The position numbers and the translations under genes are program-made. A stretch of DNA of 64,000 bases from Trichoplax sp. H2. Taxonomy: Eukaryota. The notes beneath the pieces are model-generated. The model was given only the letters and a program-made list of their open reading frames with translations. It ran no database searches and was not told the origin of the DNA. Where the stretch lies: NCBI GenBank assembly GCA_003344405.1, contig NOWV01000114.1, forward strand, positions 124,001-188,000, given 5' to 3'. Shown one piece after another: positions 38,402 through 49,599 of this stretch; within the stretch, counting starts at the first letter, position 1, and the number at the start of each line of letters is the position of its first letter.

Positions 38402-39255
38402 ATATGTAAATACAAAAGTTATATATGTATGTTGCGGCGATCGTTTGAGATTGGTCTGAATATAGTATTCTCCTAAGGAATACTGTAAAATTGAATAATG
38501 CTACCAATATCTCACCTCTGCCGCCGTTTCTCATTCTTTCATGAATTTCGGAAAATCTATCTAGGCTTTACTTACCTTTATGTAATATATTTTTAACATT
38601 AATATCGAAAATACACCCTACGACGTTTCAGATCCTACCCAGAGATTTTTGATAGCTTTTTTAAGTTGATCATAAATATTCTCTAATTACAAATTATTTT
38701 AACGGAAATTCATACTGTATGTCTCGGTAATCTCTATCCAAAAGAAGTTATTCTATAGACATTGTGAATCCTCGATGGAGCAAGTCAAAATTTCTGAATA
38801 GATTAAATATGAAAACGAAAGCTTCACGAGTAAAATATTGTTTTACTGTTAGTACGAATAACCCTTAACAATCATCATATTCCCCAACTATCATTAATAT
38901 GTAATGATCAATGCCAGCTAAGTAACAATTACCGATGTATGTAATTTGGACATCGTATGTCTTTCATTCTTTTACTACAAAAGGTTTATCGTCACTTGTG
39001 ATTTTAAAATTAATATAATTAATGAGATATCAGACCATCTATCCTACGGCTTATTCCAAAGAATTACTGGTATACTCAACTGAAACAATTCCAATAAGAA
39101 ATCTACAACCTACGATGAAAAAGTCACGAAGCAACAGATGATAAATTGTAGTAAAAGTACTGTACTGTACAGTATTGTAGTGCTGTACCGTACATTTGTA
39201 CAGCATACAGTACTTGGTATAAAGTTAAAGGTGCGTTCACACGATGAACTTTTTT

Positions 39256-39359
39256 AATTACTGAACCTCTGACAGGTCTATCAAATGGTAATACTGTACT
39301 ATCTGTTAAATGAGCACATTATCGTAAACCGTCAGCAAAGCGACGGGAGTTTGCACTAG
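39256..39359 (+). mobile_element. Helitron 3'-terminal fragment, copy 2
   Basis: ttactgaacctctgacag..aaatggtaatact..atctgttaaatgagcacattatcgtaaa ccgtcagcaaagcgacgg gagtttgca CTAG|T. Confidence 0.78.
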
Positions 39360-40419
39360 TAATAATAAAATTATCATTTTCTAGTGTGTACGGATACTAC
39401 GTAAATACGAAAATACGTGACATAGAATAGTGCTTACATACTCATTTTAGTTTAGGCATGCCGAAGACTAGTCACCAACAACTAATAAATTACAACTTTT
39501 AGAAGCACTAGCTCCCCCAGGTGCTATGCTACCTGTTAACGCGATTTTGTACAGTGGTGGTATCTGCATGTGAGAACTAAATATTACACATACACATTTT
39601 ACGTTATCACTTAGGCTAGCTCATATACTGTACAGTACAGCCTCTACCAGGTTCAGACTCAGTGCAGAAAGGACACAATGATAATTAATTATACTGAACT
39701 AGCACGTAATTTCTATAATTACTGTATGAAAGAGTTTTAAAAACGGGTAAATTTGTAGAAGCTTCATACCAGAGCCTGGCACGCGCTATTAAAGGTATTA
39801 CTTTTGTCATATATCTGAATCTTAAACTTGGTTAATGTTAGTATAGTAAGATAGTAACTGTACAGTACTGTACTGTAGATATTGTTAAACGATGATATGT
39901 ATGGAATGATAACGATATCTAATGGTTTATCATATGATTAGGTATTGGTGTTATGCGCAAGCGTGAAATAGCTATGCGGAAATTGTGTATCGTACAGTAT
40001 GCGTATGATATACTGTACAGTATAGCTCTATTAGAATGAAGACTGCGGGATTTTTGCGGTAACTACAGAAGTAATGCAGAATAAAGTTAGCTTGTAGCTT
40101 AGCAAAAGAAGCACGTGTATTTCTTTGAGTTCGGACCGGTTCCTCAACGAAAATACACAACGACTTTTACATACATGATCAAGGAAGAATTCGTTAACAC
40201 CTTATTTTTATACCTTTATAACCATATGACATTTTAAAACATGCTTTCGTTTTATTTAACTATCGAATTAATTATAATATATTATAATACAATTCTACTC
40301 TCAGATCAAAATAAACATTTATGATGTTATATCATCCGGTCACCAATGTGACTCACCATAGCTCTCTGCCTAATGCTACTCTAACTTTAAAATCTATGGT
40401 TAAAAGTGATAAAACCGCT

Positions 40420-40662
40420 GCTCGCACTCTTACGTTTCGAAAACTAACCAGGTAGCACTTACCGGTGCGTCTTGCATTCGCGATGGCTATTAATAAGTTT
40501 TAAAGTCAAACCCTAGAAAATGGCCTATATCTACCGACTGATCTTTTTTCACATGGTCGACTGTATGTCGCTCTCTCTAGAATAAATACTCGACCTAACG
40601 AAATTGTTGCATTGAGCCACAAGTATACAAAGATCGTATTTCCAGAAATATTTCAGAAATAG
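40420..40662 (+). pseudogene. Degraded C-terminal fragment of a Helitron-type PIF1-family helicase (RepHel)
   Basis: Frame from 40441 reads KLTR*HLPVRLAFAMAINKF*SQTLENGLYLPTDLFSHGRLYVALSRI..TKIVFPEIFQK*, matching the Helitron consensus RRQFPVRLAFAMTINKSQGQTL..GLYL..VFSHGQLYVALSRV; two in-frame stops. Confidence 0.88.
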
Positions 40663-41816
40663 CTGACTTACTCATTCTTAATTAATAAATATTTCCATAA
40701 ATATTTTAACTGTCTGAAGTCGAATTGTGAATGTAGTGAGCTGGCTCAACTATTATTAATTAATTAAGACAATATCCGTATTCAGTGACAATATTATTAT
40801 TTTTAATGTGCATATGTGACATGCACGTTTCAGAATATACTAAAAAGTACAAGTATAGTAAGCGAGTATTACGAATGAGGGATCTGCTAGTTACAATTAC
40901 AATTATAGCAATATTTTATTGAAACTGGATATCCTGTACACATATACTGTATGTTTTCGATACAAGAACAGCATAATTACACTCATTCAGTTTGTTAACA
41001 TAGGATACACTAGGCTATAAAAATTCTACTATATCTATACTAAATTCTTTACAGCGATGACTGCGCATTTCTTCAGTTCTCTATCTATATTTTGTCTTCG
41101 TTTGTGATAACCAACATTGAAGCCCAGATTTAGAAAAGTTTAAGTGATCTGGACTTATCTCAAAAGTACGATACGTAAATCTCAATATACTAAACTTATC
41201 ATATCACATAAAATCTACATCTACAGTACTATATCTCTGAATTATGAGCATGCACAGATACAACAGAAAGTAAAACTTTACGTCATCTACCATTGCCAAA
41301 ATAGTATATTATTCCGGAGTCATCACATATTCTAATAAGCAGTAGCCATATAAACTACTTACAATTACAGTTGACAACTAGTCATCCTAATAGCTTCTCA
41401 ACTTTATCCGATCTCCGAATAATCTCTTCAATAATCATAGATATCGCTTATTACTTATCGATTACATTGTTTGACATTCATGATTTCCTCTATAGAATTC
41501 AAATTTAATAATTCTAACTATACCATGTATTGTCTAATAGATCACACGATAAAAACTCGGACTTGATATAAGAACTTTCGCAACAATCAATCTATTGCAT
41601 CATTTTGACAGTCGTTAAGTCAATTAAATATAATATAGTTAATGCAATTCTAAGCCAATCTCTTAAATAGTAATTATCTCAACTAGTTTACAAGAGTATT
41701 TCCGGACATAGATTGCTAATTAAGTACAAACATATAGAAACTCTGAATAATTAATAAATACTAGCGGATCATGATCTTATTACATTTCGAAAGAAATGCG
41801 GTATGCCTTTCCAATA

Positions 41817-42593
41817 TTATCCTTTAATACAATCAAAACAGAAGGCTCTTTCTTCTTTTAAACCGTAGCTATACGTAGATGATAAAAAAATAGCACGCAC
41901 ACTTTAGGACAGTACTATGCATAGTATTGTACAAATAGTTATTAATCCAGTGATTTATACTGCAGTACTGTACTGTAGGACAAAGGACAATCGTGCTGTA
42001 CTTACTCTAAGATTGAGCATAAGAAACAGCTATAACTGCTACACACAACGCATCGCCTGTAACACCGATCACAGATCGAACGATCGCAGAACTTGCATTT
42101 TTTGTACAACTGCTTGTCCGTTAGTACTACCTTACCACACGAGGGACACTCTCTCAATTTATTAGCCTTTCCCTGGTCACCATTTAGGCTACCTGAATTT
42201 TCTACGTTGGCAGATCGATATAGTATATTTCTTGTTCTTTCTGATAGCAATAGTGTAATAAAACATTATAAATGGCTGTCTATGCGTTGCTAATACGTAC
42301 GAAACACAAAATTAATAATTAATCAAACGTTAGCGTACTGTAATTACAATAATATACGGCGTAGTAGCCGTAGCCATCACTACAATATTCTGTACTGTAT
42401 AATATACGTACTGTACTTTGCAGTCGATACAGAAGTGCAAATCAAATCAAATGCACATACAAGTTACAACTACACCCTCACCGTAAACTTTGGCAAGATC
42501 AGCTTGATTTGTTCTTTCTGATAAGTGCGTTTTCAGTTGAAGGGGAGAATAAAAAAAAGAATCACCGTAAACACTATCTATCCCTCTCTTCAT
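41817..42593 (-). CDS. SIVA1: Apoptosis regulatory protein Siva homolog, 3 exons
   Basis: MKRGIDSVYGDSFFYSPLQLKTHLSER..AKVY|ERTRNILY..CPSC..CKFCDRSICDRCYRRCVVCSSYSCFLCSIL|DYGLKEERAFCFDC. Exons 42593-42482,42240-42006,41868-41817. Confidence 0.88.
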
Positions 42594-42644
42594 TATTATC
42601 AACTGCAAAAGGAAATAGAATAGAAAATAGAATAAACTTGCAGT

Positions 42645-43212
42645 CCAGTGTACAGTACTGTACTGTACTGTACACTGAGTGTACAGTACAGCATATTGTA
42701 CTGTATTGTACAGTACTATTGTAATCCGTTTTCTTCTTCAATACTGTACTGTACAGTAGACCATAGCTGACAGGGGGGTAAGCAATGACTCAAACAACTT
42801 TTGCCATTCTCGTACAGTATGGCCTACTGTACTGTACAGTACTGTACAGTACAGTAAATTAGTATAGTGTACTGTATTACTGTACTGTACAGTACTGTGC
42901 ACTTGTGCAGTCATTTAAGGAATGTAATCTATTGATCTGTACTGTACTGTACTGAACTGTAATCGTACCTTACCAATCAATTTTCTAGAGAATTTAAGAC
43001 GACCTTCACACTACGAGTAAAACCAAACTTTCTTCTCTTTTATGGTATAAAGGATTTCGTAACTAAGTGATATGAACCTGGTATAAACTGAACTGAACTG
43101 ATACTTCATTTGCTAGACGGAAGATTCTTGTACGAAGCCTTCCTTCCCATTACCTGTATATTTTAACGGCTCATGATACTATTGTACTGTACTGTACAGT
43201 ATTGTACTGTAT
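42645..43212. repeat. TACAG/CTGTA tract in the SIVA1/zinc-knuckle gene divergent promoter
   Basis: Pentamer units run to within ~10 nt of the ATG at 43219. Confidence 0.85.
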
Positions 43213-43218
43213 ATTGCA

Positions 43219-44517
43219 ATGGCATTACATAAACAGAAGGCATATATGTATGCGAAGGAATTTAATCTACGCTCAATTCGAGACAATTTACAGGCTTACA
43301 ATCTAGTAACTAGACAATTTGATCAACGTGATATAGAAAGCAACGTAAATATTCACAGATTGGACAAAGGAAAGGTTTACGGATCACTGATAACAATGCA
43401 AAGGCATCCTCTAATGGATACCAAAGAATCGACACCAACAGTGAAGAGAAAACAACGCAGAAGAAAAAGGCGAAAAAAAAATAGTGGTACTAAGACTGTT
43501 ACGAATTCCGATAACACTGGCATGAAGCCTGTAGGGTCTACTGAAAGCCATGTTAAGAATCACAAGGAGCACCTTAAATTACCAGATATATTTCGAAGCG
43601 GTACGACTGCAATTGAAATGGAGTCTGAAAATTTTGCGAAAGTTACTCCTAACGATGATACTGAAATAAGATCAAGTTACTTTGGTTTAGTCTCGTACAG
43701 TTCCAGTAGCAATGAAGCATCTGATGCTTGTGAAAGCTGCAACAATTTCAGTAATGATCGAATTGCGAGCGTGTGCCGTCCAAAGTCCGAGATAAGAACC
43801 TCGGGTAAAACAGAAACTTCCAGTGAAACAGAAGAATATGACTTCACTAATAATAACTGGAGAAAAAGTCACAGTAATTTATCTAGTTTTAAATGTTGGA
43901 AATGTAAACGTATCGGTCACTTAGCTAATGATTGTACAGTAACTCCTAATATCGATAGATCTTTACCTTTAGCCTCTAATAATAATAGTTATCAACGAGG
44001 AATTAATACATTTAATAAGCGACACGCTTCATCTAAATTAATCCACCTTTACCGTAAATGTCGAAAAATTAGAAAGCTTAAAGATCCATCATGTATACGA
44101 TGCGGTACAGATACAAATGTTGCACTTTGCCTTGATTGCGATACCATGTTCTGCGATGGAAATGGTCATTTAGTTGATCATCTCTTGGAACATCCAGATC
44201 ATAATAAGTTATTCTCCTTTAAGCTTCGTCGCTTAATAAAGTGTTGTAAACCAACATGCGATATTATTGATATTTACAAACTCCGAAAATGCTCGATTTG
44301 CTTAGATAAATTCTCCTCTAGACATTACAGTATGATAAATGCCCTTTGGTCTCAAACAGGAATAAGAAATATGCCGAACGCTGTCTGCTGTGAGGATCAT
44401 TTTGAATGGCATCGAATGAATTGTGGAACGATTAGCGAAGAAATGTTTGCAGATCAAGAATTACTAGAAAAGAAGAAATCAAGCGGAAACGGTTTTGTTA
44501 GCGAATTTTTTTTTTAA
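43219..44517 (+). CDS. Uncharacterized 432-aa intronless protein: basic NLS-like tract, CCHC zinc knuckle, Cys/His-rich C-terminal domain
   Basis: Long ORF; KRKQRRRKRRKK; CWKCKRIGHLANDC (CX2CX4HX4C); CIRC..CLDCDTMFCDGNGHLVDHLLEHPDH; CCKPTC, CSIC, CCEDHFEWHRMNC. Confidence 0.85.
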   Translation: MALHKQKAYMYAKEFNLRSIRDNLQAYNLVTRQFDQRDIESNVNIHRLDKGKVYGSLITMQRHPLMDTKESTPTVKRKQRRRKRRKKNSGTKTVTNSDNTGMKPVGSTESHVKNHKEHLKLPDIFRSGTTAIEMESENFAKVTPNDDTEIRSSYFGLVSYSSSSNEASDACESCNNFSNDRIASVCRPKSEIRTSGKTETSSETEEYDFTNNNWRKSHSNLSSFKCWKCKRIGHLANDCTVTPNIDRSLPLASNNNSYQRGINTFNKRHASSKLIHLYRKCRKIRKLKDPSCIRCGTDTNVALCLDCDTMFCDGNGHLVDHLLEHPDHNKLFSFKLRRLIKCCKPTCDIIDIYKLRKCSICLDKFSSRHYSMINALWSQTGIRNMPNAVCCEDHFEWHRMNCGTISEEMFADQELLEKKKSSGNGFVSEFFF

Positions 44518-46367
44518 TTCGTAACTTAACTATGACAATATCTCAAGCATTTTTAAGTTACAGATAGCGATGCTTCTGTCGCCGTCGCGGTGAATATAGT
44601 ATTAATATTTTACGGTCTTAAAGTCATTAATAAACTAATATTGACAATGTAAGGGTAATGAGCTGAGCATTCTGTAACGGATGATTGTAAACATAAAATC
44701 AGGTAATGTTTAATTAATTTTCTGGAAGTGTTGTACCATACGGACTACTTAAAAGTCCCTGATTATGCTCTACATCTGAAAGGAGGCTACGAAAGTATAG
44801 CATTGAAGTAATGTATTTAAATTTTATTATTTCGCTTCTCTAACGGTATTTTAAAACGGAGAAATGGACAAATAGTAATTACCAAAAACATTTCATCTTT
44901 GATATGCTTGATCTCAGCTCTAAAAAATAAACTTTTTCGCGTGACATCCACTTTTACATATCACAACAATATTCGCAGTAAAGACTTGACCAGATACAGT
45001 AGTGTTAAAACTTAAAATGTAATGCATTGTTAACCTACTGAGAAAATTTTTTGCTAAAATACTTTTAGATGTTTGAGTAGACAACCATCCGAATACACTA
45101 TTAGCTAGACACACTAGATAGTGCAGTCATGCTGTAGTCGTATGAGAAATTAATAGTTAACTTGACTGAATTGAAATTGTGATCAGTGACTTCTGAGTGA
45201 CTTCGAGATTACTGCACTCCGGGTAGTTTTGACTACCTTTGAGCGCGTATCTGACTGCAGAGAGAAAGCAGAAGTAAAAGTAAATGAATTAATAGCAAAC
45301 TAGCTTCGTAGTATCCGTTGTAAAACGAATACAGTTAAATTTTATTTTATAGTCCACTAAGATCCAATTGCCAAACTTAATATCGTGCCCTAAGAGGGCG
45401 AAATTATTAATTTTTATTATTATTTTAAATTGCCTTAGTCTCTCAGTATATGATTGAGTACAATATCAACTATAATTATTACAAGAATAAGAAATTTCAT
45501 TCGCATGGTATGATGTGTGGGTTAACGTAAGGTACAGTCGTAGTAGGTATTATATTAACTTAAACCACTAAAATTCTAGGGCTGGATGAATTAGTAAAGT
45601 ACGAATGACGTTAACGTTTATGTTAACCCATGATGATCAGTCGATATAATATTCCTAGTCGGAAATCAGCTTGGTGTACTGTAGATGTGGAGTAAGAAAA
45701 TGGCGTTCGAATAACCATAAATACGCGTCAAAAAATTTTCTACAGATGACCGTACGGTGCATTATCTTGTAGGCATTATGCATTAGTTCATGTCACTATA
45801 TTTACAGTACATTATACAGCATTATATTATAATTATCCAAAAATGATTATCAAAGCAGTTTGGAAAATATAATAACGTTTAACGGAAATACCGTAACTTG
45901 TATCGATGGTTTATTTCAACCTTAATATCTGCTACTACAATTTTCATCTTCGTGCAGTTGATATACCGTGAAGATACCTTTACAGTTAGTTTTAAACGAC
46001 GAATTGGCGAAGAGACGAACCGCTGGTACGTTGCGTTTCCCTTTTAAAGCTGTACCCATTCCATACAGTGCAATCATGATATAGCCTCATTCCAGTGTAT
46101 TACCGTAATCTATGTTATAACAAATCTTTTAGTATACAGTACAGTACATTAACGCATTACTCACATTAGACTATACGACTACTCTGCGTGTGCTTTATGG
46201 AATCATCACATCGACTTTAGTACTTTTTAAATACTGTACGCGTGTGCACTCACGTTATATGTACTGTATGCATGTTGGCACCAAAGATAAACTAAAAAGC
46301 TGCTTCTGTTCATATAACCTTACTAATACTTACGATTCTTTAAAATTTTGATACTGTTTTTCAAAGA

Positions 46368-47540
46368 TCCTGAGTATGAGAGATATTACTGTCAAAAGCT
46401 AAGCAAATGTTTTCGCATCCCGTCTACACTTCGGATCTGCCACAATACAAGATAGATCTCACTATTTAACAAACAATTAAATACACCAAAAATTACTAAC
46501 AGTTGTAACGGCAATAGTGTAAAATGTGACTAGGTCAGAAAATCATGTGGTAACATAGAAAACTGTATTACAATAGTGGTTAAAACATTTGGTCGTGCCC
46601 ACCTGGTCATTCGTCTAATTAAGTCCGTACGTAACACCTATTTATCCGCCTCTGTGATAATTGTAGATGATGCTTTATTTGTTTATAATATGAACTCTAT
46701 CAAGAAAATCAAATATGACTCTATAAAGAATGCCAGTAGCGTTTTATATCTGGGGATGAAGTACAACTCTGGTGCTAGTGCAGGACTCAATCCTGGATCA
46801 TCCTTCGTTAATCCTCCTTACATTCTACTCGTTGATGATGACTTCTATTTCCACGAAGATACAAATTTGGAATATGTAACTTATAGTACCCACAAGCGTA
46901 TAATTCGATACGGTTTATAAGCACCGTATATTTTGCGTAAAAGATATTTGTTGCCTATTGGATTTAATGATGCCTCAAATTCTTACAATTTCTTATACCT
47001 CACCTATACTAATTTATAATAATTTGCAGCTTTTATCGGTACTAGAAGATACTGATATTGATAAATAGTTGGGGAAAACTTAAACATAGTGAGGATTTTT
47101 CCGGCTTACTAATTATCAGTACAAAACCCTTGGGTAAAACACAACTAGTCATACATACATCTAAATTTTACAATATCTCCATACCGCGGTACCTTGACTG
47201 CAAAATGTGCGACATTGTCCAAAATTTTTTCCTTGCCAAAACGGATAGAGTGCGAAAAGCAAGTGGTTGGAACCCCGCCTTAAAAAGCTTTTGAACACGA
47301 AGATTTTTTCATACAGATGAAGCTGTCTTGTTTAAAAGTAGCTATTTGTCCCACTGTTACAGCATATCACGGACCTGAGGCCCATTCCTGGATTGGATAT
47401 CGAGAAAAACGGGATCAAGCCTTCCAAATTTCTGTCCGGTATCGGATTAAATACGGTATAAACGATTACGTACTCTGTGAGACTCTGTGAGAAGACCTCT
47501 TCTTTATCTATCCGAAAATGTACAATGCGAAAAGATAGAC
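46368..47540 (+). pseudogene. Beta-1,4-N-acetylgalactosaminyltransferase-like (B4GALNT1/2-type, GT-A fold) pseudogene
   Basis: ITIVVKTFGR..SVIIVDD..YILLVDDDFYF..|LLSVLEDTDID..CDIVQNFFLAKTD..GWNPALKS/FEHEDFF..LKVAICP. In-frame TAG at 46453 and 46531; +1 frameshifts at ~47063 and ~47292. Confidence 0.8.
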
Positions 47541-49599
47541 TATTCCTTCAAGATATACAGTAGTTACTTACAATACACCCTCTGAAATTATGACTTGTAA
47601 AGAATTACTTAATCCTGCAACAGCATCACAATCTATCACTAATCTATTTGTTTTTGTCTTATTAAATTAAACGCATACATCCCACCCTTGAAATGAGCAG
47701 CGCGGGGGTATTTATACTACTGTTAAATGACTTTGATTATGGGTTCAGTTCAATAGGTCAGTATAAGATTCTTACAGTACTTTTTACCTAAAGATTTCTT
47801 CATGTAAAACGAATAGCTCTAAGGTAGTAATTTCTGCAGAGTACTGATTATTAAAATAGTATTCGTTATATCGCTAAGGGTGGCCACTGGGCCTTTAAAT
47901 TTTGATTTCATGTAATATTCTGATGAAAATTGATTAAACATAGAATCTTTATAGAGTTTTCTACACAGCCATTCTGATTTTTACATTTTCTTATAACGGT
48001 TACTAAGTTAACTGAAATATTTCAGTTTATACATACCCTAATTTGCTTTAAAATGACAACCTTATAGGTAATTTACTATTTTCTTATTTATGTGCATCGC
48101 GTAATATCTAGAATATAACACTGTATTATGATCAATTACAAGGCTGAGGTCTGTGCAACTTGTTTGACAGAGACAATCTTTTTAAATGAAACGGATCAGC
48201 AATTGTTATACCCGTTTAATGCGTGTGGCTCTACCAGCGTTAACTGCATTTATACTTACACTATTGATTTATCAAATTTATCAACTTTCTAAAATTTCGT
48301 ACCTAGTGAATTGACGAGAAGATGAAGAGCTAAAAACATATGGATATAATCGGCTAAAGTATCTGATGTTGCAAGATAGCAAGAAATAAATACTTCATTA
48401 TTTAGCCTAAATGTTGCATGAACCACCATGTTTGAAGTATTGTGTATGTGAGGCTAGTATCACTTACAGTAAGATAAGCCTTATCTTTATTCGGTTAGAG
48501 TAAGTTTAACTCATAAGACAAATAATAGCCACTGCCCAGAAAGTTTGGATATACGTGTACGTATTTACCTTACTAAGCCCTATAAAAACCTGTTACTTTC
48601 AAGGTCAGCTACCCACTAATAATATAAAATTCTAATAGTTATTAAACAAAATTTAGCATAACATGAAAGCTTTGAATTACTTTATGTCCAGCAATAAATT
48701 TAAGTCAATAATGAATAAATACATATCTGTTATGGACAGTGTGAGCATTTATCGAAGTCTAAGATTTTCCTATCATCATACACATACGAAAGTAACATCA
48801 GATGGCAATTCAAATGATATAAATTGGATTTCATTCATATTTATGAATGACAATATCTTACATGAAAATCATTAAAATGATACTTTTCTGTATAATCTAG
48901 GGTATCTTAGACATGCGCAACACAATAATTACCTTAATATCATAATCAGTTACGAATACTTGTACAAGTAAATGATATTTGATAATACCTAATAATTTGA
49001 TGCGAATGAGGAAAATATACCTTTAAGGACCTTATTGTCCTTAGGAATTTCCATTTTACAAATTTGAAATGTTAAGTTGTAATTACGAGACGATTTAATA
49101 AGACCAACACTCCTATATTAGCTCGAAGTATTTTTATACTGACGACCTTCCGGAAATCAAAACTGAATATTGGTAGCCGAACCCCAAAATAAATACACCA
49201 ATCGTAGCCGCATAATGATAGATAGTAAGATATTAAAAGCTTACTTTCAAAGTAAGATTTTATCTTCCTTTAAGCTTTAGTTAAATATTTGGGTAATCAA
49301 TGAAATTAAAATTACAATTATCAAAGAATTACTTTGTTTTTAACTTAATTATGCAAAACACTTATATAAATATCATAGGGTAATACGCGAAATTAACCTA
49401 GATTTGTAAAAGAGAGGTTTTAAAACGTTTGAATACAGCGAAGACGTAACAAATATTTACAGTAGTAGCAACAGAAGGTTACTGCAGTATAGTTTTAATG
49501 TAAATGATATAAACACTCGTATAGAAAGAATTGTGACCGATGAATTGATTATTTTCTTAAAATAAATTTAGATTTGAAAAATTTCGTATTTAGAAGTCA

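Noticed and set aside
40420-40662. Exon of a host PIF1 gene
   Set aside because: In-frame stops, no other exons found, and the FSHGxLYVALSR..IVFPEIF ending fits the Helitron type better.
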